From IMG/VR virus record IMGVR_UViG_2671181040_000015: DNA of 13,956 bases, one strand, 5' to 3'. The DNA is from a virus (taxonomy: Duplodnaviria > Heunggongvirae > Uroviricota > Caudoviricetes). Positions within the stretch are counted from its first letter, which is position 1; every line of letters begins with the position of its first letter. A program made the translations under genes and the position numbers. This document shows positions 6,148 to 13,956 of this stretch, piece by piece. Below the pieces are notes generated by a model. It did not search any database. It saw nothing but the letters and a program-made list of their open reading frames with translations, and was not told where the DNA came from.

Positions 6148-9100
6148 TAATAACCTGCGCCTGCAGGTCATTCTTAATGCGGTTGACAAACTCACCCGCC
6201 CATTCCGTGCTGCACAGGCCAGTTCGAAAGAGCTGGCTGGCGCAATCAGAAACTCCCGTGACGCATTAAAGCAACTCAATCAGGCGGGTAACAGCCTGGA
6301 AAAATTTCGCAAGCTGCAGGCCGATAACAAGAAGTTAGGCGACAGGCTGAACTATGCCAGACAGAAGGCTAATTTGCTTAGCTCTGAGCTGGAGGCGATG
6401 GAACAACCATCACAACGGCACCTTGTGGCTTTAGGTCGGCAAACGCTGGCAGTCCAACGCCTGGAAGAACAACAAAAATATTTGCAGAAGCAAACGGCGC
6501 TTGTGCGTGCAGAACTGTACCGGGCGGGAATTTCTGCGAAAGATGATGCGGGAGCAACTGCCCGTTTAGCCCGTGAAACATCACGTTATAACCAGGAATT
6601 GTCGAAACAGGAGGCGCGCCTGAAGCGACTGGGGGAAGCTCAGCGCAGGATGAATGCGGCGCGTGCCAGTTATGCCCGTTCGCTGGAGGTGCGCGATCGT
6701 ATTGCAGGAGCCGGAGCCACCACCACGGCTGCAGGGCTGGCAATGGGTGCGCCAGTGATGGCGGCAGTAAAAAGCTATACCAGCATGGAAGATGCCATGA
6801 AAGGTGTGGCAAAGCAGGTCAATGGTCTGCGTGACGATAATGGCAACCGCACTGCACGTTTTTATGAAATGCAGGATGCCATCAAGGCTGCCAGCGAACA
6901 GTTGCCGATGGAAAACGGTGCGGTGGACTTCGCTGCACTGGTTGAAGGTGGGGCGCGCATGAACGTCGCAAACCCTGACGACAGCTGGGAAGACCAGAAA
7001 CGTGACCTGCTGGCCTTCGCCAGCACGGCAGCAAAGGCGGCAACAGCCTTTGAGTTGCCAGCGGATGAACTGTCAGAAAGTCTGGGGAAAATCGCCCAGC
7101 TCTACAAAATCCCTACCCGCAATATTGAACAGCTCGGCGATGCGCTGAACTATCTGGATGATAACGCCATGTCGAAAGGGGCAGACATCATTGATGTGAT
7201 GCAACGTCTGGGCGGTGTGGCTGACCGTCTGGATTATCGTAAAGCGGCGGCGCTGGGTTCCACCTTCCTGACACTGGGCGCTGCGCCAGAGGTTGCAGCC
7301 AGTGCAGCAAACGCGATGGTGCGTGAATTGTCCATTGCCACCATGCAAAGCAAGAGTTTCTTTGAAGGAATGAATCTGCTGAAACTCAATCCTGAGGTGA
7401 TTGAAAAGCAGATGACGAAGGATGCGATGGGAACCATCCAGCGCGTGCTGGAGAAGGTGAACGCACTGCCGCAGGATAAGCGCCTGTCTGCCATGACCAT
7501 GTTGTTTGGTAAAGAGTTTGGCGATGATGCGGCGAAACTGGCAAACAACTTGCCGGAACTGCAGCGCCAGCTAAAACTGACAGCGGGCAATGATGCGCTC
7601 GGTTCGATGCAGAAAGAATCCGACATTAACAAGGACTCACTTTCTGCGCAGTGGTTGCTGGTTAAAACCGGAGCGCAGAACACCTTCAGCAGCCTGGGCG
7701 AAACGCTGCGCCAGCCGCTGATGGATATTCTGTACACGGTGAAAAGCATCACGGGGGCGTTGCGCCGCTGGGTGGAAGCTAACCCGGAACTGACAGGCAC
7801 ACTGGTGAAAGTAGCGGCTGTTGTGGCTGCGGTTACCGTAGGCCTCGGCACCTTAGCGGTGGCGTTGGCTGCAGTGCTGGGGCCGCTGGCAGTGATCCGT
7901 CTGGGATTCTCTGTGCTGGGTATCAAAACGTTACCTTCCGTTACGGCAGCAGTAACACGAACCAGCAGCGCGTTGTCCTGGCTGGCGCACCACTTGCACT
8001 GCTGCGACGCGGGCTTGCTTCAACGGGCAGCGCAGCGGGTTTACTTACTGCGCCGTTGTCGTCTTTGCGCCGCACGGCATCACTGACGGGAAATGTCCTG
8101 AAAACTGTAGCAGGTGCGCCGGTTGCACTTTTGCGGTCTGGATTATCCGGTTTACGTGCTGTTGCTGTGATGTTTATGAATCCACTGGCAGCACTACGCG
8201 GCGGGCTGACTGCCGCAGGCGCGGTGCTACGAGTACTGGCATCCGGTCCGCTGGTGATGCTGCGCGTTGCCCTGTATGCCGTGTCTGGTCTGTTAGGTGC
8301 TCTGCTCAGTCCGATAGGTCTTGTGGTTACTGCACTGGCGGGTGTGGCGCTGGTTGTCTGGAAATACTGGCAACCCATCACCGCGTTTCTCGGTGGTGTG
8401 GTGGAGGGATTCAAAGCAGCGGCAGGTCCCGTCAGTGCCGCGTTCGAACCACTTAAGCCTGTGTTCCAGTGGATTGGCGATAAAGTGCAGGCGTTGTGGG
8501 GCTGGTTTACTGATCTGCTGACACCCGTTAAGTCGACTTCTGCCGAACTGCAGAGCGCAGCGGAAATGGGGCGACGATTCGGGGAGGCGTTGGCGGAAGG
8601 GCTGAATATGGTTATGCATCCGCTGGACTCCCTCAAATCCGGCGTATCCTGGTTGCTGGAGAAACTCGGCGTTGTCAGTAAAGAGGCCGCAAAGGCGAAA
8701 CTACCGGAAAGTGTGACGCGTCAGCAACCTGGGACGGTGAATACAGACGGTAAAGTGATGATGCCATCGGGTGGTTTTCCGTCATGGGGATATGGCTTTG
8801 CGGGGATGTATGACAGCGGCGGCTATATCCCGCGCGGGCAGTTTGGCATCGTCGGTGAAAACGGGCCGGAAATTGTTAACGGCCCGGCAAATGTGACCAG
8901 CCGGAGAAATACAGCTGCACTGGCTGCCGTTGTTGCCGGAATGATGGGCGTTGCTGCCGCGCCAGCAGAGCTTCCACCGTTGCACCCTTTGGCACTTCCC
9001 GCGAAAGGCGGCGAAGCGATGGTGAGTCGTGCAGCCACTGTGCCGCCCGTTCACCGGATTGAGGCACCGACGCAGATCATCATTCAGACGCAGCCAGGAC

Positions 9101-9213
9101 AAAGTGCGCAGGATATTGCGCGGGAGGTGGCACGCCAGCTTGATGAACGTGAACGCAGGCTGAAGGCAAAAGCCAGGAGTAACTACAGCGATCAGGGGGG
9201 ATACGACGCATGA
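6140..9213 (+). CDS. T: Tail tape measure protein (P2 T homologue), reading frame interrupted: the track shows two overlapping ORFs, 6140..8086 and 8056..9213, that need a -1 shift to join
   Basis: Both ORFs look like tape-measure sequence (coiled-coil and Ala/Leu-rich hydrophobic stretches). The last 30 residues of the first ORF and the first 50 residues of the second frame are low-complexity junk, which places the break roughly between 7950 and 8000. Confidence 0.75.
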
Positions 9214-9695
9214 TGATGGTGCTGGGATTGTACGTGTTTATGCTGCGCACCGTTCCGTATCAGGAACTGCAGTATCAACGCAGCTGGCGACATGCGTCAA
9301 ACAGCCGGGTAAACCGTCGTCCGTCCACGCAGTTTCTGGGACCGGACAACGACATGCTGACGCTTTCCGGTGTTCTTATGCCGGAGATAACAGGCGGCAG
9401 GCTGTCGTTGCTGGCACTGGAGCAGATGGCAGAACAGGGGAAAGCATGGCCCCTGATTGAAGGTAGCGGCACGATTTACGGCATGTTTGTGATTGAGGGA
9501 CTGAATCAGACTAAAACGGAGTTTTTCCGCAACGGTATGCCGCGCAGGATTGAGTTCACCCTGTCGCTAAAACGGGTGGATGAATCCCTGTCCGATATGT
9601 TCGGTGATCTCAGTACTCAACTGAATAATCTGCAGGACACGGCAACGTCTGCCTTAAGCGATATCAGTAAAACGGTGGGAGGGCTGCTGTCGTGA
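9210..9695 (+). CDS. U: Tail protein U (P2 gpU homologue)
   Basis: 161 aa; its ATG overlaps the T stop; size and position match P2 U. Confidence 0.8.
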   Translation: MMMVLGLYVFMLRTVPYQELQYQRSWRHASNSRVNRRPSTQFLGPDNDMLTLSGVLMPEITGGRLSLLALEQMAEQGKAWPLIEGSGTIYGMFVIEGLNQTKTEFFRNGMPRRIEFTLSLKRVDESLSDMFGDLSTQLNNLQDTATSALSDISKTVGGLLS

Positions 9696-10792
9696 ATTTC
9701 AGCTCTGAACTGCTTAACAAAGGCAACAAAACTCCGGCATTCAGCATCAGTATTGAAGGCAGGGATATAACCACTGTGCTGGACAACCGCCTGATGGGGC
9801 TTACGCTGACGGATAACCGGGGCTTTGAAGCGGACCAGCTTGATCTGGAGCTGGACGACGCTGACGGAAAAATCGTGCTGCCGCGCCGTGGTGCAGTCAT
9901 TACGCTGGCGCTGGGCTGGAAGGGGCAGCCGCTTTTCCCGAAAGGGGCATTCACGGTGGACGAGATTGAACACACTGGCGCACCGGACCGCCTGACTATC
10001 CGGGCGCGAAGTGCTGATTTTCGGGAAACCCTGAATACCCGCCGTGAAAAATCGTGGCACAAGACCACAGTTGGGGAAGTGGTGAAGGAAATAGCCGCGC
10101 GGCACAAGCTGAAGATGGCACTGGGTAAAGACCTGTCGGATAAGCCCGTGGAGCATATAGACCAGACTAATGAGAGTGACGGCAGTTTTCTGATGCGGCT
10201 GGCGCGCCAGTACGGTGCTATTGCATCGGTGAAAAATGGCAATCTGTTATTCATCCGGCAGGGTCAGGGTAAAAGCGCCAGCGGTAAACCACTGCCGGTG
10301 ATCACTATCACACGTAAGGACGGCGACAGTCACCGCTTTACCCTGGCAGATCGCGGAGCTTACACGGGCGTAATTGCCAGCTGGTTGCATACCCGCGAAC
10401 CCGCGAAGAAAGAAAGCACTACGGTGAAGCGTAAGCGCAGGACTAAGAAGCAGAAGAAAGAGCCGGAAGCGAAGCAGGGCGATTACCTGGTGGGGACGGA
10501 TGAAAACGTGCTGGTACTTAATCGCACCTATGCTAATCGGAGTAACGCCGAACGGGCAGCGAAAATGCAGTGGGAACGCCTGCAACGCGGCGTTGCGTCA
10601 TTCTCGCTACAACTGGCGGAAGGGCGGGCAGATCTCTACACGGAAATGCCAGTGAAAGTCAGTGGCTTTAAACAGCCGATAGATGATGCGGAATGGAGCA
10701 TTACGACTCTGACGCATACCGTCAGCCCGGATAACGGTTTTACGACCAGTCTGGAGCTTGAAGTGAGGATTGATGATTTCGAAATGGAATGA
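9692..10792 (+). CDS. D: Tail protein D (P2 gpD homologue)
   Basis: 366 aa, GTG start overlapping the U stop, last gene of the tail operon before ogr. Confidence 0.8.
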   Translation: MNFSSELLNKGNKTPAFSISIEGRDITTVLDNRLMGLTLTDNRGFEADQLDLELDDADGKIVLPRRGAVITLALGWKGQPLFPKGAFTVDEIEHTGAPDRLTIRARSADFRETLNTRREKSWHKTTVGEVVKEIAARHKLKMALGKDLSDKPVEHIDQTNESDGSFLMRLARQYGAIASVKNGNLLFIRQGQGKSASGKPLPVITITRKDGDSHRFTLADRGAYTGVIASWLHTREPAKKESTTVKRKRRTKKQKKEPEAKQGDYLVGTDENVLVLNRTYANRSNAERAAKMQWERLQRGVASFSLQLAEGRADLYTEMPVKVSGFKQPIDDAEWSITTLTHTVSPDNGFTTSLELEVRIDDFEME

Positions 10793-10882
10793 TTCTTCGC
10801 AATGGAGAACTTTTAAGTTTGCAAAATGGAATAATGCGGTATCATTATTGTGAATTTAGCAAAAATGGGGAGAACTCGAAAA

Positions 10883-11101
10883 ATGATGATTTGCCCACTG
10901 TGTGGAAGTGCCGCCCATACTCGCAGCAGTTTTCAGGTATCTTCATTGACCAAAGAGCGTTACAACCAGTGCCAGAACATTAACTGCAGCCATACTTTTG
11001 TTACCCATGAAACTTTTGTTCGTTCGATTGCAACGCCAAAAGAGTCAAATCCGGTTCAGCCGCATCCAATGAAATCAGGACAGGTGGCGCTCTCTCTTTG
11101 A
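10883..11101 (+). CDS. ogr: Ogr/Delta-type zinc-finger late transcription activator
   Basis: 72 aa from the ATG at 10883: MMICPLCGSAAHTRSS...CQNINCSHTF has the Cys-X2-Cys...Cys-X4-Cys zinc finger and the Ogr length. The longer track ORF starting at 10850 is not used. Confidence 0.9.
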   Translation: MMICPLCGSAAHTRSSFQVSSLTKERYNQCQNINCSHTFVTHETFVRSIATPKESNPVQPHPMKSGQVALSL

Positions 11102-11181
11102 CGCTGTCGCCATTTTGTCGCCATCGTTAAAAAACAGTGCTTCTAACATCATGATTTTAAACAGCATAAATTTCAGGCAAC

Positions 11182-11224
11182 AAAAAACCCATCAACCTTG
11201 AACCGAAATGGCGGGGTTGATGGG
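11182..11224 (-). terminator. Rho-independent terminator on the minus strand, downstream of ybjL
   Basis: Perfect 10-bp stem (11188-11197 and 11215-11224, CCCATCAACC / GGTTGATGGG) followed on the minus strand by a run of 6 T (complement of A at 11182-11187). Confidence 0.6.
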
Positions 11225-11336
11225 CTCCACAAAATGGGGACATCAAAGAAAAGCAGTGGCACTAATTAAGACTGATGCCCTGCGGAAAAGTTCTGCGGTT
11301 GTGCAAAAAAATTTCATTTTCAGGGCAACTTCAGTT

Positions 11337-13022
11337 TTATCCTAATCCAGGCCATACCATGACGATGATTGTCCCTGCCAGCGTCAGCAGGACGTTGGCG
11401 ATTGCGTAGGTGCCCGCATAGCCCAGCGCAGGGATGTTACTGCGAGCTGTATCACTGATGATCTCCATTGCCGGCGCGCAGGTGCGTGCGCCCATCATTG
11501 CGCCGAACAACAGTGCGCGGTTCATTCGCAATACATAAGCACCGAACAAGAAACAGATAACCACGGGCACAAGACTGACAATTAATCCGGCAATCAACAT
11601 CTGACCGCCAATCGCGCCCAGGCCGTTATTAATACCGCTACCGGCGCTCAGACCAACGCCTGCCATAAACACCATCAAGCCGAACTCTTTCACCATGCTT
11701 AATGCACCTTGCGGAATGTAACCGAAGGTCGGGTGGTTAGCACGCATAAAGCCCAGCATAATTCCGGCGAATAACAACCCGGCAGCGTTCCCCATGCCGA
11801 AACTGAATGTGCTGAACTGGAAGGTGATCATCCCGATCATCAGCCCAATAACAAAGAAGGCGCAAAATGCCAGCAGGTCAGTGACCTGGCTGTGAATCGA
11901 GATAAAGCCGATGCGATCGGCGATGGTTTTTACGCGACGGGCATCACCGCTGACTTGTAAAACGTCACCTTTGTTAAGCACGACGTTGTCATCTATCGGC
12001 ATCTCAATCTGGCTACGAATGACGCGGTTAAGGAAGCAACCGTGATCGGTCAACTTCAGTTGTGCGAGACGTTTACCTACAGCGTTATGGTTTTTAACGA
12101 CCACTTCTTCAGTGACGATACGCATGTCGAGAAGGTCACGATCGAAAACTTCTTTACCGTTACGGAAGCTGGGATCGAGTCGGGCATGGGCGTCGGGATA
12201 GCCTACCAACGCTATTTCATCGCCCATTTGTAGCACGGCATCACCGTCTGGATTTGCAAGAATCCCGTTACGTCGAATACGTTCAATGTAGCAGCCGGTT
12301 TGTCGATAAATACCCAGTTCACGCAGATTTTTGCCGTCGGTCCAGGCCACGAGCTCCGGGCCGACGCGATAGGCGCGGATCACCGGTAAATAAACCTTAC
12401 GGTTGGCATCAGTGTCCAGGCCACGTTCGCGGGCGATTTGCTGGGCGCTGGTCTGTAAGTCCTGATGCTGCAATTTCGGCAAGTAACGCGCACCAACAAT
12501 CAAACTCACCAGACCGATTAAATAGGTTAAGGCATACCCGAGGCTCAGATTATCCAGTGCCAGTGAGAGCTGCCTGCTTTCCATGCCGGAATGACGCAGT
12601 GTATCGCCAGCACCGACCAGAACCGGTGTCGACGTCATAGAGCCTGCTAACATACCGGCCGTCAGGCCAATATCCCAGCCAAACAGCTTACCTAACCCTA
12701 AGGCGATCACCAGCGCACTGCCAACCATCACCAGTGCTAACATTAGGTAATTTTTCCCATCGCGAAAAAAAATGGAAAAAAAGTTCGGTCCGGCTTCGAC
12801 CCCGACGCAGAAAATAAACAGCATAAAGCCAAGATTAAGCGCATCGGTGTTAATGCTGAAATGTTGTTGGCCTAATAACAGCGATACGACTAAAACGCCA
12901 ATGGAATTACCCAGTTGGATCGAACCAAGTCGTAACTTTCCGAGACATAGCCCAAGCGCGAGGACCACAAATAATAACAGAATGTAATTCCCATTTAACA
13001 ATTCGGCGACGTTTATATTCAC
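11337..13022 (-). CDS. ybjL: Putative transporter YbjL (YidE/YbjL family, membrane domains plus RCK_C-type regulatory domains)
   Basis: 561 aa, N-terminus [39 protein letters not shown] start; followed by ybjM and grxA as in the E. coli chromosome. Confidence 0.9.
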
Positions 13023-13291
13023 GGAGGCTAACTTCTTGTTTACTAGTAAGCTGTTGAAAGAAATGGTAATTTACGATAATGTTTTTTACCAGAATTCAGG
13101 GCGCAGATTCATTCAGCGCACCTAAACGATAGTAAAGTAACAATATATTTTACTAGTGTAATCACATTAGGTATCAACGGCTATATGAATTGCGTTGGCC
13201 TATATTAGCATGGAATGCGAAGCGGCTTTATCTTACTGAACGCCACACTGGCGAAAAATGTGTTCGATAGACGCAGTGTCAGGAGGAACGA

Positions 13292-13669
13292 GTGAAACAT
13301 AAACAACGTTGGGCGGGGGCAATCTGCTGTTTTGTCCTCTTCATTGTGGTGTGCCTTTTTCTGGCGACGCACATGAAAGGCGCTTTTCGGGCTGCCGGGC
13401 ATCCTGAAATCGGCTTGCTATTTTTCATTCTTCCTGGAGCAGTCGCCAGCTTCTTTTCACAGCGTAGAGAAGTCCTGAAACCTCTGTTTGGCGCAATGCT
13501 GGCGGCACCCTGTTCGATGCTCATTATGCGGCTGTTTTTTTCACCGACGCGCTCATTCTGGCAAGAGCTGGCATGGTTACTAAGCGCGGTGTTCTGGTGT
13601 GCGCTGGGGGCACTGTGTTTCTTATTTATCAGTAGTTTGTTTAAACCACAGCACAGAAAAAATCAGTAA
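13292..13669 (+). CDS. ybjM: Inner membrane protein YbjM
   Basis: 125-aa hydrophobic ORF, GTG start with AGGAGG Shine-Dalgarno (13281-13286), divergent from ybjL and convergent with grxA. Confidence 0.8.
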   Translation: MKHKQRWAGAICCFVLFIVVCLFLATHMKGAFRAAGHPEIGLLFFILPGAVASFFSQRREVLKPLFGAMLAAPCSMLIMRLFFSPTRSFWQELAWLLSAVFWCALGALCFLFISSLFKPQHRKNQ

Positions 13670-13689
13670 AGCCCTCAACGCGAGGGCTT
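13669..13689. terminator. Hairpin between the convergent ybjM and grxA genes (AAGCCCTC-AACGC-GAGGGCTT)
   Basis: 8-bp stem with a 5-nt loop between the two stop codons (13667-13669 and 13699-13701). The U-tracts are weak on both strands. Confidence 0.4.
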
Positions 13690-13698
13690 GTCAGACGA

Positions 13699-13956
13699 TC
13701 AGGCGTCCAGATTTTCTTTCACCCATGCAGCAAAATCGGTATAGCCGCCGATATGTTGCTGATCGACAAAAATCTGCGGCACGGTTTCTACGGGTTTACC
13801 TGCCTTTTGTTGTAGATCTTCTTTAGTGATCCCTTCCGCACGAATATCTACATACTGATACTGAAAATCATCGCGTTCATTGCTCAATTTCTCAGCCAGA
13901 TCTTTTGCACGCACACAGTAAGGGCAACCCGAACGACCAAAAATAACGGTTTGCAT
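13699..13956 (-). CDS. grxA: Glutaredoxin 1
   Basis: 85 aa, MQTVIFGRSGCPYCVRAK with the CPYC active site. The gene is complete; its ATG is at the window edge (13954-13956 rc). Confidence 0.95.
   Translation of the reverse strand: MQTVIFGRSGCPYCVRAKDLAEKLSNERDDFQYQYVDIRAEGITKEDLQQKAGKPVETVPQIFVDQQHIGGYTDFAAWVKENLDA

Larger units (their letters stand above)
1..11336. mobile_element. Right arm of a P2-like prophage (tail fibre to ogr); the junction with host DNA lies somewhere in 11102..11336
   Basis: Gene order tail fibre, tfa, accessory locus, FI, FII, E/E', T, U, D, ogr matches the P2 late region; the 72-aa Ogr zinc-finger protein is the last phage gene, and ybjL-ybjM-grxA follow in their usual chromosomal order. 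Confidence 0.85.

Noticed and set aside
7234-8636. Two minus-strand ORFs of about 230 aa each inside the tape-measure gene
   Set aside because: Antisense to tape-measure coding sequence; the peptides are Ala/Ser/Thr/Arg-rich low-complexity sequence typical of reverse frames.
10850-10882. Upstream ATG at 10850 as the ogr start (83-aa version)
   Set aside because: Ogr/Delta proteins begin right at the first zinc-finger cysteine pair. The ATG at 10883 gives the canonical 72 aa.
10789-10983. 64-aa ORF overlapping the ogr promoter and 5' end in another frame
   Set aside because: No RBS, overlaps a well-supported gene, and has no recognisable features.
11102-11336. tRNA or tmRNA integration target at the prophage end
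   Set aside because: No cloverleaf-compatible sequence or CCA-proximal acceptor stem is recognisable. The only strong structure is a terminator hairpin.
13039-13156. 9-mer TTTACTAGT occurring twice (13039-13047 and 13148-13156) in the ybjL-ybjM divergent promoter region
   Set aside because: Two short matches in AT-rich intergenic DNA are not beyond chance, and no recognisable operator architecture surrounds them.
1-13956. CRISPR array
   Set aside because: The only repeats are the 551-bp duplication, the inverted fibre repeat and 231-bp in-frame protein repeats. There are no short regularly spaced repeats with unique spacers.

Overview
The window holds the right arm of a P2-like (Peduovirus-type) prophage, about 1..11336, followed by the enterobacterial chromosomal genes ybjL, ybjM and grxA (E. 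coli-like). The prophage part reads: 3' end of the tail-fibre gene, tail-fibre assembly gene, an invertible host-range segment with alternative fibre and assembly genes, a Hin/Gin/Cin/Pin-family serine invertase, then the late tail operon (sheath FI, tube FII, E with an E+E' frameshift, tape measure T, U, D) and ogr. The most interesting structure is the invertible tail-fibre switch: it has three 26-bp crossover sites rather than two, and the third site is created by a 1224-bp internal module that contains an inverted copy of the tail-fibre shaft region plus a 551-bp direct duplication of the Sv2/tfa2-5' cassette, producing a 400-aa chimeric ORF. The tape-measure gene is split by a -1 frame break. 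All calls rest on reading the sequence and the supplied ORF track; no database search was run, and family assignments are from remembered protein and site similarities.
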